Part shown: positions 42,154-51,562 of the stretch, one piece after another | Layout: each line of letters begins with the position of its first letter | How positions within the stretch are numbered: position 1 is the first letter of the stretch | Assembly (NCBI GenBank): GCA_963704935.1 | Contig: CAVPIF010000001.1 | Location: forward strand, 1,601,969-1,665,968 | Source: an uncultured Chloroflexia bacterium | GTDB taxonomy: Bacteria > Chloroflexota > Limnocylindria > Limnocylindrales > CSP1-4 | Length of the DNA: 64,000 nt | Direction: 5' to 3' | Position numbers and translations under genes: made by a program | The notes under the pieces: generated by a model | Told to the model about the DNA's origin: nothing | What the model saw: only the letters and a program-made list of their open reading frames with translations | Database searches by the model: none

Positions 42154-43875
42154 ATGCGAGGCTTGTCCGGCCGCGCGGTCACCGCCGCGATCCTCACCGT
42201 AGTCCTCGGCGCGAGCGGCTGCAGACCGGTGGCGACGGCACCAGCGACAACGTCCACGCCGGAGCCCGCGTCGACGGCCTCGACCGCGGACTCGGCGGCG
42301 CCCTCGACCGGCGGGTCCGCGACGCCGGCTCCCGTCCCGGTCGATCACCGGATCGGCGTTCGCGTCGTCGATGGCGCCGGCGAGTTCTTCGACACGGCCA
42401 CCGGGGAGCGGTTCGTCCCGCGCGGCGCGAACCTCATCCGCCTGTCCGCCGGGAGCCACTCCACGCTGGATGTCGGTCGATACGATGCCGCGCGCGTCAA
42501 CGCCACCTTCGCCGCGCTGGCGGCCGACGGCTACAACACCGTCCGGATCTTCCTGAACTCCTACCCCGGCGGGTTGCCCGGTGGCGACGATGGGCTGTCG
42601 AGCGCCTACCTCGACAACGTCGTCGACGCGCTCCGCCTGGCGAAGGCCAACGGCCTGGTCGTCCTCCTCACCCAGGACTGGCTGCCGGAGAGCGCCGACT
42701 GGACGTTCGGCTCCGACCCGATGATCGAAGACGTCAACGGGATGTACCTCTCGACCGCCGGTGTCGCGATGAACGAACGGTTCTTCCGCGTCTTCACGAC
42801 CGGCCTCGTGGAGCGCCGTGCGCCGCTGGACGCCCTGTTCGCCTACGAGCTCCGCAACGAGCTCTACTTCACCTCCCGGTATGCGCCGTTCTCGCTGACC
42901 TCCGGCAGCGTGCGGACGGCGAACGGCCAGACGTACGACCTCTCATCGGCGACCGAGCAGCGCGCGATGCTCGAGGACAACCTCGTCGCCTGGATCGACC
43001 GGATGCGGTCGGCCATCCGGGGCGTGGATCCGTCTGCGCTCGTGACCGTCGGCTTCTTCCAGCCGCAGGGGCCGAATCCGTCGCGGATCGGCGACGACCG
43101 GTTGATCGAGACGCGGGAGACGATCACGCGGTCCACCGCCGACTTCATCGATCTCCACGGCTATCCCGGCGGGGAGCTGAACCTCGCCCAGGTGGTGCAG
43201 AACTACGCGTTGCCCGCGGTGACGAACAAGCCGATCCTGCTCGGCGAGTTCGGTGCGGAGCACGGGGCGTTCCCGACGGCCGACGATGCCGTCCGCGCGC
43301 TGGTCGCGTGGCAGGTCGAATCATGCGCCGCGGGCTTCGACGGATGGCTCGTCTGGACCTGGGATTCGCTCGAACAGCCCGAGTTCTGGAACGCCGTCGA
43401 GGCCGACGGAGCCATCGAGCGGGCGTTGTCGCCCACGGTCCGACCCGACCCCTGCGTGATCGGCGACCTCGGCATCCCGTTCGAGCTCGCCAGGTCGGCG
43501 ACCGCCACGGCATCGCGGGCGCTCCACGATTCGGCGCCCGACGCAGCGCTCGACGGCCTCGCCGACACGCTCTGGAGCTCGGGCAACGACGCGCCACAGT
43601 GGATCGAGATCGATCTCGGTGGCGAGCGGACCGTCGAGACGATCCGCCTGCTCGTGTCGCAATACCCGAACGGACCGTCCACCCATGTCGTCTCCGTGCG
43701 CGGGTCCGGCGGGACCCGGGTCGTGTCGACGCTCTCCGGTCCCACGGCGGACGGCGACTGGCTGACCGTCACGCCGCCGGCGCCCCTGGCCGGTGTTCGG
43801 TACGTCCGGATCGAGACGACCGCGTCGACGTCGTGGGTGGCCTGGCGCGAGATCAGCATCCTCGGCGAGGGCTAG
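42154..43875 (+). CDS. Secreted lipoprotein: GH5-like glycoside hydrolase with C-terminal discoidin/F5-F8 type C (CBM32-like) domain
   Basis: ATG at 42154 (MRGLSGRAVTAAILTVVLGASGC). Motifs GYNTVRIF, ELRNELYF and PILLGEFGA. The C-terminus reads LWSSGNDAPQWIEIDLGGERTVETIRLL...VRYVRIE. Confidence 0.75.
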   Translation: MRGLSGRAVTAAILTVVLGASGCRPVATAPATTSTPEPASTASTADSAAPSTGGSATPAPVPVDHRIGVRVVDGAGEFFDTATGERFVPRGANLIRLSAGSHSTLDVGRYDAARVNATFAALAADGYNTVRIFLNSYPGGLPGGDDGLSSAYLDNVVDALRLAKANGLVVLLTQDWLPESADWTFGSDPMIEDVNGMYLSTAGVAMNERFFRVFTTGLVERRAPLDALFAYELRNELYFTSRYAPFSLTSGSVRTANGQTYDLSSATEQRAMLEDNLVAWIDRMRSAIRGVDPSALVTVGFFQPQGPNPSRIGDDRLIETRETITRSTADFIDLHGYPGGELNLAQVVQNYALPAVTNKPILLGEFGAEHGAFPTADDAVRALVAWQVESCAAGFDGWLVWTWDSLEQPEFWNAVEADGAIERALSPTVRPDPCVIGDLGIPFELARSATATASRALHDSAPDAALDGLADTLWSSGNDAPQWIEIDLGGERTVETIRLLVSQYPNGPSTHVVSVRGSGGTRVVSTLSGPTADGDWLTVTPPAPLAGVRYVRIETTASTSWVAWREISILGEG

Positions 43876-43940
43876 CATGGAGCCACACCAACGACGCAGC
43901 GAGCCGGTTCGCCGGCACGCCGGGAAGGGATCGAACGGGC

Positions 43941-44846
43941 ATGACCGCTGTCATCGAGACCGAACGACTCACCAAGAACTACGGGAACCACCGCGGGATC
44001 ATCGACGTGGACCTGTCCGTGGAACAGGGCGAGGTGTTCGGCTTCCTGGGTCCCAACGGCGCCGGCAAGACCACGACCATCCGGACGTTCCTCGACCTCA
44101 TCCGGCCCTCCAGCGGCCAGGCCCGCGTCTTCGGCATCGAGTCGTCCGTCGACCCGGTCGCGATCCACCGCCGGGTGGGTTACATCCCCGGTGAGTTCGC
44201 GCTCTACGACCGTCTCACGGGCGGCCAGACCATCCAGTACTTCGCGAACCTTCGGGGCGGGGTCGAACCCCTCTACCAGCAGGACCTGATCGCCCGCCTG
44301 GACCTGGATCCGTCCCGCCGATTCAAGGAGTACTCGAAGGGCAACAAGCAGAAGGTCGGCATCGTCATCGCGCTTCAGCACCGCCCCGACCTGCTCGTCC
44401 TCGACGAGCCGACCGCGGGCCTCGACCCACTCGTGCAGCAATCGTTCTTCGGACTCGTGCAGGAGGCCAAGGCGGAGGGTCGGACGGTCTTCCTCTCGAG
44501 CCACATCCTCGGCGAGGTCGAGAAGACGTGCGGTCGCGTCGCGATCATCCGCGAGGGGCGGATCGTCAAGACCGACACGGTCGAGGCCCTGCGCGACCTC
44601 GCCCATCACCAGGTGGAGTTGCGCTTCACGAACACGGTACCGATCGCGGCCTTCGAGAGCCTGCCCGGCGTGAGCGACGTCGTCGCCGACGATCATGTCC
44701 TGCGGCTCCGGGTCACCGGCGCGATCACCCCGGTCGTCCGGGCAGCCGCCCAGTACGACCTGCTCGACTTCGTCAGCCGCGAGCCGAGCCTCGAGGAGAC
44801 GTTCCTCGCGCAGTACGGCCCGCAGGCCGTCCAGGAGAACAGATGA
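43941..44846 (+). CDS. ABC transporter ATP-binding protein (ABC-2/DrrA-type)
   Basis: GPNGAGKTTT, YSKGNKQKVGIVIAL, LVLDEPTAGLD. Confidence 0.9.
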   Translation: MTAVIETERLTKNYGNHRGIIDVDLSVEQGEVFGFLGPNGAGKTTTIRTFLDLIRPSSGQARVFGIESSVDPVAIHRRVGYIPGEFALYDRLTGGQTIQYFANLRGGVEPLYQQDLIARLDLDPSRRFKEYSKGNKQKVGIVIALQHRPDLLVLDEPTAGLDPLVQQSFFGLVQEAKAEGRTVFLSSHILGEVEKTCGRVAIIREGRIVKTDTVEALRDLAHHQVELRFTNTVPIAAFESLPGVSDVVADDHVLRLRVTGAITPVVRAAAQYDLLDFVSREPSLEETFLAQYGPQAVQENR

Positions 44847-46525
44847 TGTCCGCTAGTGCCGGCACGCCGCCGCTGGCGGCGGCCCGTACCCAGATCCCGC
44901 GCCTGAGCCGGATCTACGGCCTCGGCAGCATCTACGGCAAGACGATGCGCGACTCGCGGCTCGCCTTCATCATCGCGGCCGGTCTCCTGGGCGGGATGGC
45001 GATCGTCATGGGCGCTGCCCTGTCGACCGTCTTCCCGACCCCGGCCGCGCGCCTCCAGGTGGACGCGCTCATCGGAAGCATGCCGGCGTCCATGGTCAAC
45101 CTCTTCGGTCGGCCAGTGGAGCTTGGGACGCTGGGCGGCTACATGACGTTCAAGTACGGCGCCATCTTCGCGCTGGGCACCGCGCTATGGTCGATCATGG
45201 CCCTCTCCGGCACGCTCGCCGGCGAGGCCCAGCGCGGCAGTCTCGACCTGGTCGCCACGGCGCCCTTCGGCAAGCGCCGCATCGCGCTCGAGAAGCTGAC
45301 CGCCCACCTGACGATGCTGGTCCTGGCGCTGGCGATCTTCGCCGTCGTCACCTCGCTCAGCTCGATGATCTTCGGTGACGCTGCCCTCGGCGACGGGATC
45401 CCGCTCCGGTCGTCCGTCGGCTTTGCCCTGTGGGTGGGGTTCCTCGCGCTCTTCTTCGGCGGGATCACGTTCGCGCTGGCACCCGTCCTCGGCCGCGCCG
45501 GCTCCGCGGGTGTCGGGGGGATCACGATGACGGCCCTGTGGGTGGCCAACGGGCTGGAGATCGGCGGACCGCTCGTGGACCTGAGTCCGTTCGCCTGGAC
45601 GGCGGACCATATCGCCCTCGTCGGCATGTTTGACTGGCCCGCCCTCGCGCTCGTGGGCATCCTGGGCGTCGTCTTCCTGGCGATCGGTGTCGAGCTCTTC
45701 GTGCGTCGCGATCTCGGGGTCACGGCCGGCCTCTCGATGCCCGGCCTGCCTGCAGGCATCCTGGGCGTCCACGGGCTCACCAGCCGCGCGTTCGGCGATC
45801 AGCTGCCGCGGGCAGCGTCGTGGGGGATCGGTCTCGGTCTCGCCGGCGCGCTCCTCGCGTCGCTGGTCGGTCCGATGGCTGACCAGATCCGGTCCAGCCC
45901 TGACCTGCTGCTGGTGTTCAGCACCTTCTTCCCGGACTTCGACCTCGGCTCGGCCGGCGGATTCCTCCAGCTGTACGTGGCGCTGCTGTACATCGCGGCT
46001 GGGTTCGCCGCCACGACCTTCGTCTCGAAGTGGGCTTCGGACGAGACCGACGGCCGCCTCGAGCTGGTCCTCACGTCACCGGCCAGCCGGGCTCGATGGG
46101 TGATCGCCGGCGGCGTCGCCGCCCTGGCGGCGATCGTCGTGATGAGCATCCTGCTCGCGGCCGGCATCGGGCTCGGTGCCGTGTCGAGCACCGTGGACGC
46201 GGGCGAAGCGATGCTCGGCTCGGCGGCGCTCGGACTGTATGCCGCGGCGATCGTCGGGATCGGCGTCGCGGTCGGAGGACTGTGGCGCACATCGCTCGCC
46301 GCGGAGATCGCCGCCCTGTTCGTCGTCGCGACGTACCTCACCGACCTCCTCGCACCGGCGTTGTCGCTCCCGGACTGGGTCCACCAGCTTGCCCTGACCT
46401 CACACCTCGGCCAGCCGATGGCCGGCACGTGGGACACCATCGGCGTCGGCGCATGCATCGCGATCGCCGTCGGGGGAGTGCTGCTCGGCGCCTGGGGCAT
46501 GCGACGGCGGGACGTCACCGGCTGA
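44843..46525 (+). CDS. ABC-2 type transporter permease (about 560 aa, about 12 TM)
   Basis: ATGA overlap with the ATPase gene. Two similar 6-TM halves. Confidence 0.7.
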   Translation: MMSASAGTPPLAAARTQIPRLSRIYGLGSIYGKTMRDSRLAFIIAAGLLGGMAIVMGAALSTVFPTPAARLQVDALIGSMPASMVNLFGRPVELGTLGGYMTFKYGAIFALGTALWSIMALSGTLAGEAQRGSLDLVATAPFGKRRIALEKLTAHLTMLVLALAIFAVVTSLSSMIFGDAALGDGIPLRSSVGFALWVGFLALFFGGITFALAPVLGRAGSAGVGGITMTALWVANGLEIGGPLVDLSPFAWTADHIALVGMFDWPALALVGILGVVFLAIGVELFVRRDLGVTAGLSMPGLPAGILGVHGLTSRAFGDQLPRAASWGIGLGLAGALLASLVGPMADQIRSSPDLLLVFSTFFPDFDLGSAGGFLQLYVALLYIAAGFAATTFVSKWASDETDGRLELVLTSPASRARWVIAGGVAALAAIVVMSILLAAGIGLGAVSSTVDAGEAMLGSAALGLYAAAIVGIGVAVGGLWRTSLAAEIAALFVVATYLTDLLAPALSLPDWVHQLALTSHLGQPMAGTWDTIGVGACIAIAVGGVLLGAWGMRRRDVTG

Positions 46526-46737
46526 GGGTGGTGCTCCTCAGCGCGAGTCACTGCGGCACGTGGCAGCGTCGGATACAGGCCCGAGCGCCGAACGGTGCGC
46601 ACAACGTATCGCACTCCCGGACAAGTCGGATCGGCGGCGGCAAGTACGCCCGACCAAACCGTAGAAGCTGCGTCCCCGAACGACCTATCACCTGACCGGT
46701 ACGGGGCAGTTCACGGGGCCGTGCGGGGCCGTGCGCC

Positions 46738-47520
46738 TCAGGGTCGGCCCCGCCGAGCGGCCAGGGCCTTGCCGTAGAGCACGCAGCGTCCTCCGCCGCG
46801 CCGCTTCGCCTCGTACATCGCGTCGTCGGCTGCAGCGATCATCTCATCGGCGGTGCGGAAGTTCGTCGGGCCGACGGCGACGCCGATGCTCGCGGGCACG
46901 CTCCGCGGACCACCCCCGATCTCGTACGGTGCCTGCAGCACATCGCCGAGGCGCTTGGCCACGAGCATCGCCGCCGCACCGGTCGCCACATCATCGAGTT
47001 GCACGGCGAACTCATCGCCACCAAGTCGAGCGGCGATATCGCTTGCCCGAAGCCAGGCAGTCAGGCGTCCCGCCGCGTCGACGAGAAGCCGATCGCCGGC
47101 GGCATGGCCCAACGTGTCGTTGACGGCCTTGAAGCCGTCAAGATCCAGGAACAGGACCGCGAAGGGGGTCTCACGCCGGCCCGCGAGGGCGAACTGGTGC
47201 CCCACGTGCTCCCAGAAGACGGCACGGTTCGGCAGGCCGGTCAGCTCGTCATGGAGCGCCCGGTGGGCGAGTTCCTCCGACGCGAGCGCGAGTTGGGCCG
47301 TCCGGTCGGCGACTCGGCGCTCGATCTCCTTGAACGAAGCGTCGAGCTCCTCGCCCAAGAGGTTCACACCGGCCGCGACGGCGTCGACGATGTCTCCGTC
47401 AGGGCCGACCGGGGCGCGGGCGTCGAAGTGGAGGTCGGCGAACTCTCGGATCGTCGTCACGACGTCCTCCAGGCGCTCCTCGAGGCGCCGAGCTGCGCTG
47501 CCGTCCGCCGGCTCAGACAT
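46738..47520 (-). CDS. Diguanylate cyclase (GGDEF domain) with N-terminal coiled-coil
   Basis: DELTGLPNR...FLDLDGFKAVNDTLGHAAGD...RLGGDEFAV. Confidence 0.85.
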   Translation of the reverse strand: MSEPADGSAARRLEERLEDVVTTIREFADLHFDARAPVGPDGDIVDAVAAGVNLLGEELDASFKEIERRVADRTAQLALASEELAHRALHDELTGLPNRAVFWEHVGHQFALAGRRETPFAVLFLDLDGFKAVNDTLGHAAGDRLLVDAAGRLTAWLRASDIAARLGGDEFAVQLDDVATGAAAMLVAKRLGDVLQAPYEIGGGPRSVPASIGVAVGPTNFRTADEMIAAADDAMYEAKRRGGGRCVLYGKALAARRGRP

Positions 47521-47526
47521 CGCCCT

Positions 47527-47928
47527 TCAATGGACGAACCTGTGGAGCCAGGCGAGCGCAGACGCCTCATCCTGGAACAGCCGGGTCGGCGCCACGGGCT
47601 TGCTCACGCTGAGGAAGAAGTTCGCCATCATCCGGCTCAAGGGGGTGCCGACGATCAGCGCGACGGCCGACACCAGGTCTGGCCGGCGGGTGAACTCGGT
47701 GCGGGCCGGCCGATCCATCGGGCCCTGTTCATGCACGTCCACCAGCAGGGGGCTCTGCCGCCCTCCGGTCAGCTCGGACATCGCCTCGATCGCGCCGACG
47801 GCGTCCTCGAGTGCGATCGCGGCCCGCGGAGCCCAGACCAACTGGACCACGCCGTCAGACCGCAGCCATATGCGGAATTTCGGGCGGACGATGACGCCGT
47901 CGTGGTCCATCGATTCGTCGGTCATCAC
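47527..47928 (-). CDS. STAS/SpoIIAA-like small protein (133 aa)
   Basis: Fold-like pattern: RIWLRSDGVVQLVW...AIEAMSELTGGRQSPLLVDV...SAVALIVGTPLSRMMANFF. Confidence 0.5.
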   Translation of the reverse strand: MMTDESMDHDGVIVRPKFRIWLRSDGVVQLVWAPRAAIALEDAVGAIEAMSELTGGRQSPLLVDVHEQGPMDRPARTEFTRRPDLVSAVALIVGTPLSRMMANFFLSVSKPVAPTRLFQDEASALAWLHRFVH

Positions 47929-48176
47929 CGAGTCGATCGTCTCGGTCGTGCCGTGCCGCTGTCGGCCGGTTCGTGGCGAGCCCGGAGCGTCCGTCTGGCC
48001 ATCGATTTGAACGGATGCTGGCGGACATGGGCGGCGACGGGCTCCGGCCGTCGGAGCAAGTACCCCTGGTCGAACGGTGCGCCAAGTCCGTGCGGCATCT
48101 CGAGTTGGGCCGGCTCCTCGATCCCCGAAGCGAATCCCCGATCGGTCGCAGCATGGTAGCAGGGCGTCAACGACAC
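47925..48176 (-). pseudogene. C-terminal remnant of an EAL-domain phosphodiesterase
   Basis: The 83-aa ORF contains ASGIEEPAQLEMPHGLGAPFDQGYLLRRPEP (about 48039-48134). This matches the EAL C-terminal signature AEGVE..Q...L..G....QGY...RP. There is no room for the rest of the domain before the TetR stop at 48229. Confidence 0.5.
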
Positions 48177-48228
48177 GAGACTCCGCAGGGGTCGGAGAGC
48201 CGCTTCGTCCGGCCGACGGGTCGTCGCA

Positions 48229-48888
48229 CTAGGGGCCCGGCGACTCCGGCGGAGTGAACAGCTGCTCGGCCACCGTGTTGACGGCCCACTCGATCCAGTC
48301 GTCGTGCGTCCAGCCGAAATCGAGGACCAGGACGCGATAGACGTCCGTGCCGAGGTAGAGCAGCAGCAGGTGCGCCGCCCGCTCCAGGGTCAGGCCGTCG
48401 CGCAGGGCGGATTTCCGGCACAGGATCTCGAGCATGGCGCGGTACCCCTCGGCGCGAAGGCGCTCGCTGAGCGCGCGGACTCGGGCCGTTTCCGGGTCGT
48501 TCTCGGCGCTCGTGCGGACGGCGGTATCGAGCGGCGTGGCCCGCGTGAGGATCGCGCCGACGCCCCTCACGGCATGGCGGAGGGCTGCGGTCACGTCCGG
48601 CTCGGCGCTCATCTGTGCGTACCACGGCTGCCGCTCTGGCGGGAGCGCGTCCTCACCCAGCACGGCGAAGTCATACGTGCGGCTGAGCAGCTCGCTCTTC
48701 GTGTGGAACGCGAAGTACACGGTCTGCACCGCGACCCCGGCCGCGTCGGCGATCTCGGCCATGGTCGTACCGGCGTAGCCACGCGCACAGAAGAGCGCGT
48801 AGGCGGCCCTCGTGATGCGGAGACGCGTCGCCCGAGCGCGCTCACGCCGCGTTGGTCGAGTCGCGGAGGGTGGCTTGACAGCGGACAT
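48229..48888 (-). CDS. TetR family transcriptional regulator
   Basis: HTH sequence RITRAAYALFCARGYAGTTMAEIADAAGVAVQTVYFAFHTKSELL. ATG at 48888 chosen because TAATAT lies 10 nt upstream, giving a likely leaderless mRNA. Longer starts exist at 48900 and 48918. Confidence 0.85.
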   Translation of the reverse strand: MSAVKPPSATRPTRRERARATRLRITRAAYALFCARGYAGTTMAEIADAAGVAVQTVYFAFHTKSELLSRTYDFAVLGEDALPPERQPWYAQMSAEPDVTAALRHAVRGVGAILTRATPLDTAVRTSAENDPETARVRALSERLRAEGYRAMLEILCRKSALRDGLTLERAAHLLLLYLGTDVYRVLVLDFGWTHDDWIEWAVNTVAEQLFTPPESPGP

Positions 48889-48914
48889 GGTGATGCGCAT
48901 ATTACGCGAGCGTC

Positions 48915-48937
48915 TCACTAGTGACCATCACTAGTGA
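48915..48937. promoter_or_regulatory. Tandem pair of perfect 10-bp palindromes TCACTAGTGA-cca-TCACTAGTGA, candidate TetR operator
   Basis: Palindromes at 48915-48924 and 48928-48937, in the divergent gap between the TetR gene and the membrane-protein gene. Confidence 0.6.
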
Positions 48938-48963
48938 TTGATTCCATTGAGGTCCGACCACAG

Positions 48964-49416
48964 ATGCTGAGTTCCGCGCTCTTGTTCCTGCACATCCTCA
49001 CGGTGTTCGCCGTGGTGGTGATCCACTCCGGGTCCCAGGTCCTGGTGCTGGCCGCGGCCCGGGCGGGCCAGCCTGCGGCGGTCGTCGCGATCGCCGGCAT
49101 GTACGCCAGGACTGGGCGCTTCGTCCCGCCGCTGGGCATGCTCGGCCTGCTGTTCGGGCTCGGCACGGCGCTGACGGGCGGCTTCAACCTCCTGGCGCCG
49201 TGGCTGTTGATCGCCTACGGGTTGTTCCTGCTCATGGTGATCTACGGCGGGGTCAAGAGTCACCCGTTCATCGTCGACCTGGGTGAGGCTGTCCGTGCAG
49301 GTCGGCCGGGTCACGAGGAGATGCTCGGTCGGCCGTTGACGGTGGTCGTGGGCGTCGATGCGCTCATCATCGTGGCGATCATCGCGGACATGGTGCTGAA
49401 GCCCTTCGGAGCATGA
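48964..49416 (+). CDS. Small 4-TM membrane protein, likely TetR-controlled
   Basis: ATG at 48964 with GAGGT upstream. The track start at 48934 (GTG) would lie inside the operator. Confidence 0.6.
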   Translation: MLSSALLFLHILTVFAVVVIHSGSQVLVLAAARAGQPAAVVAIAGMYARTGRFVPPLGMLGLLFGLGTALTGGFNLLAPWLLIAYGLFLLMVIYGGVKSHPFIVDLGEAVRAGRPGHEEMLGRPLTVVVGVDALIIVAIIADMVLKPFGA

Positions 49417-49534
49417 GCTGCCAGGACCACGTGTCGCCGGCAATGAGGAGCAGCCTGTGAACCTCCTGCGACTGGGGCGTTCGGGTGTCGCGGACGCCGC
49501 CGGTATCGATGTCCGCTCGAGCGCGAGCTGACGA

Positions 49535-50164
49535 ATGATGACTGACGGCCTCACCGTCGCCGCGCTGCTCCTCGTGGTCGGCCCGATCGTCGGCGGAATC
49601 GGGTTGGCCAGGCCGGCTCTCTTCTCCGTCTGGACGGCACCACGCGACGAGCACCTGGCGCTCGTTCACGCACATCGCCGGGACTGGGCACTGGCCAACG
49701 CGGGTTTCGCGACCGCAACCGTCGCCACGGCGGCGGGGATTGGCGTCCTGGCCGGATCCGTGGATGCGGCCCAGGGTCCGAGGTCCGTCCTTGCCGCCGC
49801 CTCCGTCGTGTACGCGATCGCTGGGGCCCTCTGGTGCGCCGTCGTCGCGATCAGGGACCGGACCACGCCGACTCTGGCCGAGCTCGTCGCGGCCCGCATG
49901 CCGACCGAGCCCGCGGAGTCGCTGCTCGGCGCTGCGCTCAGTGGGCTGTTCTCCGCGTTCATGCTGGCCAGCAGCGCGTCCCTCGTCGCGATCGGGCTCA
50001 CCCTCGCGATCAGCGGCGGCATCGCCGCACCAGTCGCCTGGGTCGCGACCCTTATCGCGGCGAGCCCGATCGTGGGTGCGCTTGCGTCGCGCGAGGTGAT
50101 CCCGGCGGTGATCTACTTCCCGACCTTGCTCATCGGCCTTGCGCTCCTGCTCGGCTGGTCGTAG
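49535..50164 (+). CDS. Hypothetical integral membrane protein (209 aa)
   Basis: 6 hydrophobic segments and GC3 bias. Confidence 0.5.
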   Translation: MMTDGLTVAALLLVVGPIVGGIGLARPALFSVWTAPRDEHLALVHAHRRDWALANAGFATATVATAAGIGVLAGSVDAAQGPRSVLAAASVVYAIAGALWCAVVAIRDRTTPTLAELVAARMPTEPAESLLGAALSGLFSAFMLASSASLVAIGLTLAISGGIAAPVAWVATLIAASPIVGALASREVIPAVIYFPTLLIGLALLLGWS

Positions 50165-50323
50165 GGCGCCGTCGACGAGGGGCTCGTCAGTCATACCCCG
50201 GGCGCCGATGCGCGTGCCGCGGGCCCCGACCGCGATCCCGTTGGTCCCACGCGCGGCGTCAAGCCCGAGCCGGACCGCCGGACAGCAGGAAGTCAAGTAC
50301 CTGACCCGGCGTAGGATCCACCG

Positions 50324-50335
50324 GAGAGCGCTCTC
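50324..50335. promoter_or_regulatory. LacI-type operator half-strength palindrome GAGAGCGCTCTC
   Basis: Perfect 12-bp palindrome with a CG centre, directly followed by TTGACA (50336-50341). Confidence 0.5.
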
Positions 50336-50367
50336 TTGACACGCCGTGCTAGTGTCTGTCGTGGCGC

Positions 50368-50383
50368 GTGAGAGCGCTCTCAC
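50368..50383. promoter_or_regulatory. LacI-type operator GTGAGAGCGCTCTCAC
   Basis: Perfect 16-bp palindrome 18 bp upstream of the LacI-family gene start. Confidence 0.6.
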
Positions 50384-50400
50384 AGTGAGGAGCGAAACCG

Positions 50401-51453
50401 GTGGCGAACCCCAAGTCGCGGGATCGGCGAAACGGCACGACGCTTGAGGAAGTCGCCTCGCGTGCCGGCGTGTCACGGGCCACGGTCTCCCGGGTGGTGA
50501 ACGGTTCGCCGCGCGTCAGCGAAGACATCCGCCGCGACGTCGAGGCGGCCATCACGGAGCTTGGCTACTCCCCCAATCGGGCCGCCCGAAGCCTGGTCAC
50601 CGGTCGTACCGGCTCGATCGCCGTGGTCATCACGGAGCCCTCGGGCCGCCTCTTCAACGACCCGTTCTTCCCGAGGCTCCTGCGCGGCGTCAGCGGTGCC
50701 CTCGCCGCGCGCGACCTCCAACTGGTGCTGTTGATGCCCGCCTCCCCGGCCGACGAGCACAGGACCGGGGACTACCTGATGGCAGGACACGTGGACGGCG
50801 TCCTCCTCGTCAGCCTGCACGGCGACGACCCGCTACCGAATCGGATCGCGTCGGCGGGCATCCCGATGGTCGTCGGTGGCCGGCCGCTGAAGACCGCGCA
50901 GGTCAGTCTCGTCGACGTCGATAACCGCGGTGGCGCGCGCTCGGCCGTGGAGCATCTCCTCCTCCACGGCCGACGCGTCATCGCCACGATCGCAGGGCCT
51001 GTCGACATGGCCCCGGGCGTCGACCGCCTGGCTGGCTATCGCGATGCCGTCGAGGCGGCCGGTCTCAAGCGCGACGCGTCCCTTGAAGCCTTCGGCGACT
51101 TCACGCAGGACGCCGGCATGGCCGCGATGACCCAGCTCCTTGCCGCTCGTCCGGACCTCGACGCGGTCTTCGCCGCGTCCGACCTGATGGCAGCGGGCGC
51201 GATCAGCGTGCTCGATGCCGTCGGACGTCGGGTCCCTGAGGACGTGGCTGTCGTCGGGTATGACGACTCGACCATCGCCGAGACCCTTCGCCCACCGCTC
51301 ACCAGCGTGCGCCAACCGATCGAGGAGATGGGCCACGAGATGGCCCGCCTGCTCATCGACATCGTCGAGGGCGGCGATCCCGTGCCACGGCACGTGATCC
51401 TCTCCACTGAGCTCGTGCTGCGCGCCTCGAGCGCCGGGAGGCGCATGCCCTGA
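50401..51453 (+). CDS. LacI family transcriptional regulator
   Basis: HTH sequence TTLEEVASRAGVSRATVSRVVNGSPRVS...YSPNRAARSL, plus the periplasmic-binding-like core. Confidence 0.9.
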   Translation: MANPKSRDRRNGTTLEEVASRAGVSRATVSRVVNGSPRVSEDIRRDVEAAITELGYSPNRAARSLVTGRTGSIAVVITEPSGRLFNDPFFPRLLRGVSGALAARDLQLVLLMPASPADEHRTGDYLMAGHVDGVLLVSLHGDDPLPNRIASAGIPMVVGGRPLKTAQVSLVDVDNRGGARSAVEHLLLHGRRVIATIAGPVDMAPGVDRLAGYRDAVEAAGLKRDASLEAFGDFTQDAGMAAMTQLLAARPDLDAVFAASDLMAAGAISVLDAVGRRVPEDVAVVGYDDSTIAETLRPPLTSVRQPIEEMGHEMARLLIDIVEGGDPVPRHVILSTELVLRASSAGRRMP

Positions 51454-51562
51454 GCCGGCCGGCGACCGGCGACCCGACCGAGCTGGTCGGCCCCACCCCA
51501 TTTTCGACCTCACATCGAGGTGGAGATCGATCCCGATCTCGAAAGCGGAGGAGTCAATCGAC

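Noticed and set aside
46526-46737. 210-bp lower-GC convergent spacer with a tandem 10-mer (cggggccgtg x2 at 46714-46733), examined for a tRNA, sRNA or terminator
   Set aside because: There is no T-loop or anticodon-arm-like features, no stable hairpin with a U-tract, and no credible small ORF.
51474-51505. Weak hairpin CCGACC-gagct-GGTCGG followed at a distance by TTTT after the LacI-family gene, considered as a terminator
   Set aside because: The stem is only 6 bp and the T-run lies 10 nt away. This is too weak to separate lacI from the transporter genes.
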